Numbered from the stretch's first letter, positions 24,928-33,239 are shown. The stretch is DNA of 64,000 nucleotides from Oscillospiraceae bacterium (GCA_963662765.2 CAXXUP010000002.1:164568-228567); one strand, 5' to 3'. Made by a program: numbers and translations. Notes: generated from the sequence alone by a model not told the origin.

Positions 24928-25548
24928 ATGCAGGAACTGACGGGGACGAAGGAAAAAATTTTCGATGCAGCGGTAGACCTCTTTTCTAAGCATGGCTACA
25001 ATGGGGCGTCCATTCGAAAAATCGCTTACGGCGCGGGGATCAAAGAGAGCTCCATCTACAATCATTTTGCCGGCAAAGAAGAAATTCTAAACTGCATTTT
25101 CCGATATTTTCAGGAGGGAATGCAGACGCAAAGAGCGAAGGAGGATGATCTGGCTTACGAGCTGGAATTCATGGCGCCCAGGGAGCTATTCCGCTTGCTG
25201 TTTATTCGGTACCTAAAGAATCGAAACCCCAGAATTGACAAAATTGCGACGATCATTTTGGCAGAGCAGTATACCAATCCCATCGCGAGGGACTTCGTGC
25301 AAAGATATATGCTTCGTGAGCCGGCGGATTATTACGAGGCCCTCTTGAAAACGCTAGCGGCTAAGGAGAGGATACGCGGGGACATCAACCTGCGCATTGC
25401 GGCTGAAGAACTCAATTACGGCTTTCTCGGCATCATCTTCGAGATTGTGCATTCCGTTCAAGAGGGCCGCGATGGAGCGGCCGTCATGGAAAAGCTGTCA
25501 AACCACGTGGATTTTGTGTTCGAGCGCCTGGAAAAACCCGCCCGGTAA
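24928..25548 (+). CDS. TetR/AcrR-family transcriptional regulator
   Basis: MQELTGTKEKIFDAAVDLFSKHGYNGASIRKIAYGAGIKESSIYNHF is the canonical TetR HTH. Confidence 0.85.
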   Translation: MQELTGTKEKIFDAAVDLFSKHGYNGASIRKIAYGAGIKESSIYNHFAGKEEILNCIFRYFQEGMQTQRAKEDDLAYELEFMAPRELFRLLFIRYLKNRNPRIDKIATIILAEQYTNPIARDFVQRYMLREPADYYEALLKTLAAKERIRGDINLRIAAEELNYGFLGIIFEIVHSVQEGRDGAAVMEKLSNHVDFVFERLEKPAR

Positions 25549-25624
25549 GTAAACCCGTTCCGGGCATCAGTACCGGACGGCCCCTCGAGACGGGCGCGTC
25601 CGGAGAGGAAAGGAAGCGATTGAC

Positions 25625-28594
25625 TTGTTACTGAAGAGGTCCGTTGCGCTGCTGCTCACTTTTGCGACACTGCTCACAATGCCCTGTACCGGCTTTGCCG
25701 CGTCGGTGACGGAGCAGACACTCTACACCACGGCGTCCGACTGGGCCAAGCCGGAAATTATGAGCGCCTACGATGCCGGCCTGATCCCCGCGGGTCTATT
25801 GAATAAAAAGGCGACCGAGCCGGCTACGCGGGAGGAACTGTGCGAGCTGGCCGTACTCCTGTATGAAAAAACAACGGGAAAGACGGCTGTACCGGCTTCG
25901 CCCGACCCGTTTACGGATACCACGAATCCGGCCATCCTGAAGGCCTATGCGCTTGGTATCACGACCGGGACCTCGGCTACGACCTTTTCCCCAAACGACA
26001 AAACCAACCGTGAACAGGTGGCCACCATGTTCGGCCGCGCAATCCGCACCATGTTCCCGGGCGGCGACTACGGCACTGCCGGCGCCCCTGTGTTTACTGA
26101 TCAGGCGGATATTTCCTCCTGGGCGCTCGAGCACGTGCTCTACATGAGCAAGGCCGGAATTATCAAGGGTGCAAACGGCGCGTTTATGCCCCGTGCGATC
26201 ACCGACGCGCAGAAGACGTCCGGCTACGGGACGACGACGCGCGAGCAGGCTGTTGCCATCACGGTGCGCATCAGCGGTTTAAATATCAACACATCCGGCG
26301 GCGAGGAAGAATTCGCCCAATCGCTCATCCGTACCTCTGCGGGAAAACCCACAGAGGCACTAAAGCTTGCGGCAATCGATTTTGACAGCCGTGTTTTTCG
26401 GCCGATCTATCGCCCTGTCATTGCGCTTTCTGCGCAGAGTGCGCCCGGCTCCGACACGATGTCCGCCGCGCCTTTTACCGCTGTCGTGTCACACGACGAT
26501 CCGCTTGCAACATTCAAGCTGAGTATGCGCGCCGGTACGGTGTCGCAGGCAGCAAAAATCGTCTGGCAGGTCTCACTGGTGCCGTTTAGCGGCGCACCGG
26601 TGACAAACCCGGCCGTAAAACCGGGTGGGCTGCTCCTCTCCGGGGAACTGAGTACATCCGCCTCGTCATTCACACTTGATTTTTCTAAAATTAATGCGGC
26701 GCAGACAAAACTGATGAGACCGAGCGAGCCGCCGGTCAGCCTAAGTGCGGTTTTGTTATTGCCCACAGTTCGTCCGAACGTAAAGCTTCCGACCCTGACG
26801 GGGAGTTGGCTGCTGACCCATTATGGCACCGAGTCGGCAACCGCTCTGCGAACCTATTATGTCCGCGTCTATCCGGCGGACGCCTTGGGAAAAAGCATCG
26901 GCGACGCGGGCGCAGGCCTGCCCGTCTTGTATGGGGACCCGATGGCGGCCAAAAGCAGCACTTTAATCAATATCAACACCTATTTCGCCCTGCAGCTCGC
27001 GGACAAATCCGGGGAGGTCTACTACACGACAGAGTTCCCCAACAAGTTTTACGACGCTACGGAGAAGGCGCTTGTCAACACCATCAACCCTGCCATTTGG
27101 TCCGTGTTGCCCTCCGGCTATCCCGACGGCACGCAGGAGCTCCGGATACAGGTGAGTCTGACCGACTTTGCCGTGCCCGCTTCGGACAGCTGGCGCAGCG
27201 TGCCCGGCCTAGTCTATGAAAAGACGCTCCGTCCGGGTGACGCACAGTTCGATGCCCTGCAGGACGCCAAACCCTTGGGTATTAGCATAGATTTCGATGA
27301 ATTTGTGCCTCCGGACGATAAGCTACCGGAAGGCGAATATCTACGCTATTATATTCGTGCCGTATCCCTCACCGACGGTGCGCAGGCAGGTACGGCTAAG
27401 GCGCATTACTCCAAAACTGTCAAAATCATATACGGGATCGATAATTCCCCGGGCATCAAATTTCTTGAGAACGTCAAAATCACGCCGCCAATTCCGGTCA
27501 TCGAAAAATTGACGTATGTGCCGGTGCAGTGGGAAAGTGAAAACTGGCAGTACCATTATGTCGTCACGCGCCAGCCCACAATGAAAGATGTGTTTGGCCC
27601 GCTTATCGGGAGCGACGCTCCGTATAAGTCTTACGCCGTCGGAACAAAGCTTGACTTCACGCCGCAACCGGAGAACAAATCGTGGTGGGAGGAGGCATGG
27701 GATGCCATTTCCGATTTTTTCGGGAGCATGACGAATTTCCTCGCAAAAATCGTCAACTGGGTCAGTACAGCCTATGCCGATCTGAAATCGGGTCTCATTG
27801 AAATTGTTGTGTCCGCACTGCCATCCGACCTCCAAGGGCCGCTGCGCACAGCGCTTACGGCGATGGTGGACTATGGGCTTGCCTCCATCGGCATCCCTCC
27901 GACGCTTCCAAACTTTGATCAGCTGGCAAACCTCGGCACCGACTATCTGGCGACGATGGCTTTGCAGCAGGCCGGCGTCCCGGCCGGTTCCCTAACCGAA
28001 TACGGCGTCGACGTGTTGTCGGATCAGATTGGGAGCAATCTCAGTAGTTCTGCGGATGCATCTTCGCCAAACCCGATGAACTGGGACTTTGTTCAGCTCG
28101 ACCCGGACGATCTTTATCGCCCTGCCTATCTGCTGGTAGAGCTGTATAACAACACCGGCATCGCGACTCCGGCCGGGCATCTGTCCTTCACCGCAGATAA
28201 GTTTATGGACTTGTCCAAAAACGGAACAGATCCTGCCGTGACGCGTCTGTACGCCGTCTACGGCTCGTCCTATGTATGCCTTTACAAGCCCGTGTTTGGC
28301 ATGGAGATTCCGGCAATGGAGCCGGGTCAGCGTCTGACCGTACCTGTCATACTGGAAGAGTATGTCGGAGTGCCTTTCCCTGGCTGCTCAGCATCTGTAC
28401 TAGGTTCCGATTATGCCAGTATTTACGGGGGACTTGGTGCATTTGATTTCAACCTGTTCATTCAGTATGAACTGCCGCCCATAGCGCAGGAGGCAGCGCG
28501 CCAGGGTCACACCGAGGAGGCCATTTACAGTTACAGCGCCTTGGGCAGTGGCCGGAGCTTTTCCATCGAGCCTAGTCAGGGCTACAGCAAATAA
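25625..28594 (+). CDS. Large secreted S-layer-homology (SLH) domain protein of unknown function (989 aa)
   Basis: TTG start behind a GGAGAGGAAAGGAAG stretch. Signal peptide LLLTFATLLTMPCTGFAAS. Three SLH-like segments (W A.PEI..AYDAGLIP..., F.D..NPAILKAYALGITTG...F.P, FTD...IS.WALEHVLYMSKAGIIKG..G.F.P). About 750 aa remain with no motif I recognise. Confidence 0.8.
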   Translation: MLLKRSVALLLTFATLLTMPCTGFAASVTEQTLYTTASDWAKPEIMSAYDAGLIPAGLLNKKATEPATREELCELAVLLYEKTTGKTAVPASPDPFTDTTNPAILKAYALGITTGTSATTFSPNDKTNREQVATMFGRAIRTMFPGGDYGTAGAPVFTDQADISSWALEHVLYMSKAGIIKGANGAFMPRAITDAQKTSGYGTTTREQAVAITVRISGLNINTSGGEEEFAQSLIRTSAGKPTEALKLAAIDFDSRVFRPIYRPVIALSAQSAPGSDTMSAAPFTAVVSHDDPLATFKLSMRAGTVSQAAKIVWQVSLVPFSGAPVTNPAVKPGGLLLSGELSTSASSFTLDFSKINAAQTKLMRPSEPPVSLSAVLLLPTVRPNVKLPTLTGSWLLTHYGTESATALRTYYVRVYPADALGKSIGDAGAGLPVLYGDPMAAKSSTLININTYFALQLADKSGEVYYTTEFPNKFYDATEKALVNTINPAIWSVLPSGYPDGTQELRIQVSLTDFAVPASDSWRSVPGLVYEKTLRPGDAQFDALQDAKPLGISIDFDEFVPPDDKLPEGEYLRYYIRAVSLTDGAQAGTAKAHYSKTVKIIYGIDNSPGIKFLENVKITPPIPVIEKLTYVPVQWESENWQYHYVVTRQPTMKDVFGPLIGSDAPYKSYAVGTKLDFTPQPENKSWWEEAWDAISDFFGSMTNFLAKIVNWVSTAYADLKSGLIEIVVSALPSDLQGPLRTALTAMVDYGLASIGIPPTLPNFDQLANLGTDYLATMALQQAGVPAGSLTEYGVDVLSDQIGSNLSSSADASSPNPMNWDFVQLDPDDLYRPAYLLVELYNNTGIATPAGHLSFTADKFMDLSKNGTDPAVTRLYAVYGSSYVCLYKPVFGMEIPAMEPGQRLTVPVILEEYVGVPFPGCSASVLGSDYASIYGGLGAFDFNLFIQYELPPIAQEAARQGHTEEAIYSYSALGSGRSFSIEPSQGYSK

Positions 28595-28924
28595 CACCCA
28601 GTGAACGATAATTGAGCAAACGCAGTCATTAAGAAAGCATAAAACCGCTTAATCTCATGTATAGAGGTTCGATGGGCGGGTTATCGTCTGGATGCGCCAA
28701 CTATTTTTCAGCAAAAACAAAGATATCCATTTTAATAGAAAACATGTGTTTTCCGTCCGCGGATTGGTATAACACCTATCCGCGGGCGTTTTTGCGTTGG
28801 AGGCCTCGCGCTCTACACATGTTTTTTGCAATGAAAAAAATACTTATCCATAAAAAAACCTGGGCAAAACCTTGTGTATGAATTCACAAATCGGCATCAT
28901 GATGCTATATACAAAAATATATAC

Positions 28925-29092
28925 TGGGCGGTGGACGCAACGAAACATATGTTGCTGCTTGGCATCATCAAAGGTGACGATGCCGGCAACTTCATGACCA
29001 AGGCGACCACAACGGGCTAAACCGCCGCGGGCTACGGCATGGCAACCCGCGAGGTCGCCATCCTCATGATGGTTGGACCTATGGCGCCATAG
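28925..29092 (+). pseudogene. Orphan SLH-domain fragment with an internal stop
   Basis: WAVDATKHMLLLGIIKGDDAGNFMTKATTTG*TAAGYGMATREVAILMMVG keeps the SLH pattern (WA...GIIKG...GNF...TR.E.A). It has no start and contains a TAA. Confidence 0.5.
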
Positions 29093-29179
29093 ACTATGTT
29101 ATAACACTTGCGAAAAATCGGAGTTCGAACATTAGCCGGCTTTGCCTGCCGGTTTGTCAAGAGATTTTTCCCCTATAAT

Positions 29180-29217
29180 CAGAGGACCTCGCCGATATCG
29201 GCGAGGTCCTCTGTTTT
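29180..29217 (+). terminator. Perfect 17-bp hairpin plus T-run (orphan terminator or small RNA 3' end)
   Basis: CAGAGGACCTCGCCGAT/ATCGGCGAGGTCCTCTG followed by TTTT. TATAAT lies immediately upstream at 29174-29179. Confidence 0.6.
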
Positions 29218-29836
29218 GGCTGCACCATGGCGAAAGGACTCGGGAAAAAGGTCTGTTGCAGAATATCAAAAAAACACGCAGCCTGACGCCGTTTAAAACG
29301 ATGTCAGGCTCGTTTATGTTTGGAGGCAAGTTCCACCGGGAGATGTTTTTCGGTGTTGAGGACTCGGAAAGCCAAACGTGAGCGATCAGGTAACCTGAAT
29401 AATGGTCAGATCGGCATGGATGGGCGATGTACCATACCCGACCGTCGTTCCGGTGTTGTTGAAAAGGCTGAACACCATAGGTAAACTTGTCGGTGTAAGC
29501 AAAGCGTTGCCGATTAACTGCAGCGTGGTAACCGGAGGGGGAGAACTGGCCAGAATTGTCCCCACACCACCGGCGAGGATACGGATGCCGAAATTAACCA
29601 CGGGACTTGTTTCCGCGCCATCGGAGTTGACCCACCAGTTGACATAATAATTGCCTGCTGCCGTGATAAAGAACGTACCTGTTTCCGCATTTTAGGCGAT
29701 ATCCGAAGGAGGCGCGTTGATAACGGAATCGAATATTACGTTGACATTGTTGGCGACCGTACCGCCGCTGCTTTCCTGCAACTGAACCTGCAGGCCGGTA
29801 AGCAGGTTATCGGGACCCGTGGGACCGGTGGGGCCA

Positions 29837-29949
29837 TCAGCCGGTGGGACCGGTAGCACCGTCAGCGCCGGTGGGTCCGGTGGGGCTGTCAGCCGGCGGG
29901 ACCGGTGGAACCGGTAGCACCGTCAGCGCCGGTGGGTCCGGTGGGTCAT
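29837..29949. repeat. Out-of-frame tandem duplication inside the collagen-like segment (52-nt unit plus a ~61-nt unit)
   Basis: Plus strand: tcagccggtgggaccggtagcaccgtcagcgccggtgggtccggtgggg at 29837 versus tcagccgg(cgggaccgg)tggaaccggtagcaccgtcagcgccggtgggtccggtgggt at 29889. Confidence 0.85.
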
Positions 29950-29970
29950 AGGGTGCAGGTGGAAAGGAAT

Positions 29971-30340
29971 CGCATGGCGGCGGGGGATAGTGCTCGCATG
30001 GCGGCGGGGGATAGTGCTCGCATGGCGGCGGGGGATAGTGCTCGCATGGCGGCGGGGGATAGTGCTCGCATGGCGGCGGGGGATAGTGCTCGCATGGCGG
30101 CGGGGGATAGTGCTCGCATGGCGGCGGGGGATAGTGCTCGCATGGCGGCGGGGGATAGTGCTCGCATGGCGGCGGGGGATAGTGCTCGCATGGCGGCGGG
30201 GGACAGTGCTCGCATGGCGGAGGGGGACAGTGATGGCAGGGATGCGGAGGGGGACAGTGATCACATGGAGGCGGAGGGGGACAGTGATCACATGGAGGCG
30301 GAGGGGGACAATGATCACGGGGCGGATGGGGAGAGGGCTT
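29971..30340. repeat. 24-bp tandem array (cgcatggcggcgggggatagtgct): 9 identical units, then ~6 progressively diverged units
   Basis: The period can be read directly. It encodes (PPPPCEHY)n grading into CDHCPPPP on the minus strand. Confidence 0.95.
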
Positions 30341-30486
30341 ATGGTGCGAAGGGACATAGGTGTCGCTGGGCGATGAGTCGTATCTGTCACCAGAAGAAGG
30401 TGCATGGGAATTTCCGGACAAAGAGAACAACATAGGCAGAATCTCTTTTATTAAGTTATCATTCATAAGCAGGTCGCTTATAAGTC

Positions 30487-30790
30487 CGTCATTCGAAGAT
30501 TTTCCATTGGAAGGTTTTCCATTCGAAGATTTTCCATTCGTAGATCTGCCATTTGCAGATCCGTCATTTTCAGATCTGCGATTCGTAGATTTGCGATTCG
30601 CATGCCTGCCATTCGCAGATCTGTCATTCGCAGATCTGCCATTCACAGGTCTGTCATTCGCAGGTCTGTCATTTACAGACCCGTCATTCGCAAATATGTC
30701 ATTCACAGATATGTCATTTGCAGACATGTCATTCGCAACTATATCATTCGCAGCTATGTCATTCGTAAATCTGCCATTATCGAAGTTGTT
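30487..30790. repeat. 15-bp degenerate tandem array (~gtcattcgcagatct), about 18-20 units
   Basis: The period can be read directly. It encodes ANDIS/VNDRP/ANGRS/SNGKS pentads on the minus strand. Confidence 0.9.
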
Positions 30791-31270
30791 CTTTTTGTTG
30801 CTCCGATCATGACCGTTGTGCCGGCGATTTCTAAGTGTCAAATTGATGGCTCCTTTCGGGATTGATTGTAAGGAAGGCTACAACCCATTATATGCGATGA
30901 ATGTACAAACGTTTGCAGAATTCCCCCATTTTCGACATATGGTCAAGACGATTTGCGAGCACTTTTTTCCCCAGAACCACAGAAAGGACAGACTCAGCCC
31001 GACTGCGCGGATGACCTTCAGTCAAGGCAAAAAAAACGGTAAAGATGCTACCCGTTTTCGGGCAACATCTTTGCCGTGAACATACCGCCTTTTACTCGAA
31101 AATTACGGGAGGACTGCCTTGAGGTGCGGCGGATTGCCCTTACCGTCGTTTAAACTGTTTTCCGAAAGCTTATATAAACAGATGTGAAGCGCACGCAGGA
31201 CAAAAATCAGTGCCGCAGTAAGTAAGCCGGAGTACCAGAAATCCGCCGTTTTCAAGAATTCGGCCAGGCC

Positions 31271-31702
31271 ATGCTGATGTTAAAGGAGAAAAATGGCTAC
31301 ATCCGCTCGATTGATGTGGCGGGGCGGCTTGGCGTCACCAAGCCCAGCGTCAGCTACACTACGAAACGCCTGCGGGAGGGCGGATATCTCACAATGAATC
31401 ACGAAGGGCTCATTTCGCTGACGGGGTCCGGCATGGAGATCACCCAGCGGATGTGCGAACGGCACAGGCTGCTGTCGGAATATCTGAGGCGGCTTGGTGT
31501 CGACGAAAAGACAGCGGGGGAGGAAGCCTGCAAAACCGAACACGACATCAGTGAAGAGAGCTTCAAGGCAATCTGCCTTCACGCGAAGGGTGAAAACCAA
31601 AGCCGTAAAAAACTGTGTATTCATTTGTCTGAATTCGCTGAAAATCGGAGGCCGCCGGATTTTTCCGGCGGCTCCACTATTTTTGCCGAAATGATGCGGT
31701 AA
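31271..31702 (+). CDS. DtxR/MntR-family metal-dependent regulator, N-terminally short
   Basis: KNGYIRSIDVAGRLGVTKPSVSYTTKRLREGGYL (HTH), ...RHRLLSEYLRRLGVDEK...EACKTEHDIS (dimerisation/metal helix). The usual first helix (..EDYLE.IY) has no start codon upstream; a TAA sits at 31223. Confidence 0.65.
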   Translation: MLMLKEKNGYIRSIDVAGRLGVTKPSVSYTTKRLREGGYLTMNHEGLISLTGSGMEITQRMCERHRLLSEYLRRLGVDEKTAGEEACKTEHDISEESFKAICLHAKGENQSRKKLCIHLSEFAENRRPPDFSGGSTIFAEMMR

Positions 31703-31762
31703 GTGGCTAAAATGGCGGGTTTGCATAATATGCTTTAAATACGCTATTTTGGGAGGAACCCT

Positions 31763-32869
31763 ATGATAGGAATAAGCCTGTGCATGATTGTAAAAAATGA
31801 AGAGGACACTTTGCAAAAATGTCTCAATTCTGTAACAAATTTGGTTAACGAAATTGTTATAATGGATACTGGGTCCACTGACAGGACAAAGGAAGTGGCT
31901 GCGGCGTTCACCGAGAATGTCTACGACTTCGAATGGATCGACGATTTTTCGGCTGCCCGAAACGCCGCTTTCGACAAGGCCACGATGGACTATATCCTGT
32001 GGCTCGATGCCGATGACGTTTTGCCGCCGTCGGAGGCCGAAAAATTTGCCGAGCTGAAAAGCACGCTGCCGCCCGATATCGACGCAGTATATATGGGCTA
32101 CAACGCCGCCTTCGACGACAAAGGTAGACCCACATTTTCCTATAGCCGGGAGCGGTTGGTCAAAAGAAGCTGTGGTTTTCGCTGGCGGGAGCCCGTGCAC
32201 GAATACCTGGGGGTCGGCGGCAAAACCCTGCTGTCGGATATCTGCGTCGCCCACGCGAAAACGAAGCAGGGGCACAGCGACCGGAACCTGAGAATCTATG
32301 AAAACAGGCTGGCAAAGGGGGAGGAGCTCTCTCCCCGCGGAACTTATTATTACGCCAGAGAACTGCGGGACAACGGGCGGTTTGATGAGGCAGCGGCCGT
32401 ATTTCGCCGGTTTTTAGATGAGGGCCGCGGTTGGATGGAGGACAACATCACGGCTTGCGGGGACCTTGCCGGGTGCCTGACGGCGGCGGGCAGGTCAAAA
32501 GAGGTGCTGACGGCGCTTCTGGAGAGTTTTCGCTATGATACACCGCGGGCGGAGCTCTGCTGCCGGATCGGTTACTACCATAAGGAGCTTTCGGACTTCC
32601 GGCAGGCCGCTTTCTGGTTTGAACTGGCACTTAATCTGAAAAGACCGGAACCGGTGCGCGGTTTTTTTCAAGCCGATTGCTGGGGATATATCCCGAGTGT
32701 CGAGTGCTCGGTATGCTACGACAAGCTCGGAGATTTCGAGAAAGCGGAGCGCTTCAACGAGCTTGCCGCGACCTACAAGCCAGATTCACAAGCCGTCGAT
32801 TACAATCGTAAATATTTTGCGAAGCGGAAAACTACGGATAGCCACCATAAAATCGAAAATTCTCAATAA
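31763..32869 (+). CDS. Family-2 glycosyltransferase with a C-terminal TPR-like helical domain
   Basis: ISLCMIVKNEEDTLQKCLNSV...IVIMDTGSTDRT...DDFSAARN...WLDADD (GT-A fold, DxD), then helical repeats (YYYARELRDNGRFDEAAAVFRRFL...). Confidence 0.85.
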   Translation: MIGISLCMIVKNEEDTLQKCLNSVTNLVNEIVIMDTGSTDRTKEVAAAFTENVYDFEWIDDFSAARNAAFDKATMDYILWLDADDVLPPSEAEKFAELKSTLPPDIDAVYMGYNAAFDDKGRPTFSYSRERLVKRSCGFRWREPVHEYLGVGGKTLLSDICVAHAKTKQGHSDRNLRIYENRLAKGEELSPRGTYYYARELRDNGRFDEAAAVFRRFLDEGRGWMEDNITACGDLAGCLTAAGRSKEVLTALLESFRYDTPRAELCCRIGYYHKELSDFRQAAFWFELALNLKRPEPVRGFFQADCWGYIPSVECSVCYDKLGDFEKAERFNELAATYKPDSQAVDYNRKYFAKRKTTDSHHKIENSQ

Positions 32870-32904
32870 TGCTCAGACGGCCTAAAATAATTTTCAAAAA
32901 AGTG

Positions 32905-32932
32905 TTGCATTTCCGAAAACTATTAGTATAAT
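32905..32932 (+). promoter_or_regulatory. Candidate atp operon promoter
   Basis: TTGCAT-N16-TATAAT, 35 nt upstream of the atpI-like start. Confidence 0.5.
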
Positions 32933-32966
32933 ATTGGTCTGTGCCTAAAAATCGGGAGATGGAAAA

Positions 32967-33239
32967 ATGCTGGGATTTTTTATAGGAATTGTATGCGGCG
33001 CCATGGAGCTTTTTTTCTTGCAGCGCTTAATCAATGCCATGCTGGGCGGACAAACGCTTAAGGTCGGACTGCTGGCTTTACTCAAGCTGGCAGTGTTGGC
33101 CGCAACGCTATCCATTGTGATAATCTTTGCGCGGCAGGACCTCGTCTGGTGCGGCGTGGGGATTACGGGTTGCTTAATCGGCGGCTCAGTCATTTTGTTT
33201 TTGAAGAACGCCGGCATGAAAGGAGGCAACAAAAATTGA
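32967..33239 (+). CDS. atpI: AtpI/AtpZ-like small membrane protein
   Basis: 90 aa with hydrophobic helices, immediately upstream of atpB (TGATG overlap). Confidence 0.6.
   Translation: MLGFFIGIVCGAMELFFLQRLINAMLGGQTLKVGLLALLKLAVLAATLSIVIIFARQDLVWCGVGITGCLIGGSVILFLKNAGMKGGNKN

Larger units (their letters stand above)
29386..30841 (-). pseudogene. Disrupted mosaic repeat protein. Order: basic N-terminus, 5-aa repeats, Cys/Pro 8-aa repeats, short collagen-like GXY stretch, BclA/C1q-like C-terminal domain.
   Basis: TTG start at 30841 behind AAAGGAG. The 334-aa ORF ends at TGA 29837-29839. The +1 frame continues as GPTGPTGPDNLLTGLQVQL...NVIFDSVINAPPSDIA*NAETGTFFITAAGNYYVNWWV...ADLTIIQVT*. There is an in-frame TAA at 29692-29694 and the final stop is at 29386-29388. 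Confidence 0.7.

Noticed and set aside
29971-30340. Possibility that the regular 24-bp repeats are a CRISPR array.
   Set aside because: The units are contiguous with no spacers, lie inside a coding frame, and no cas genes are present in the window.
29905-30435. Several overlapping ORFs on both strands across the 24-bp array (MAAGDSAR repeats, RRHASTIP repeats and others).
   Set aside because: A perfect tandem repeat without stop codons is open in five frames, so these are periodicity artefacts.
30360-30812. Plus-strand 150-aa ORF reading SFADL/SFTDM pentads (it looks like a pentapeptide-repeat protein).
   Set aside because: It is antisense to the repeat array of the collagen/BclA-like gene. 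It has no RBS and no continuity with any other domain. The minus frame has a TTG start behind AAAGGAG and continues into the octad, collagen and head modules. It is kept only as an ambiguity noted in the findings.
31293-31400. ATG at 31293 with an apparently perfect AAGGAG-N4 spacing inside the DtxR-like gene.
   Set aside because: It is out of frame with the DtxR motifs and gives only a ~35-aa product. The 'RBS' is just the codons for K-E-K-N.
31280-32275. 331-aa minus-strand ORF.
   Set aside because: It is antisense to the DtxR-like and GT2 genes, which have clear family motifs. It is a typical high-GC shadow ORF.
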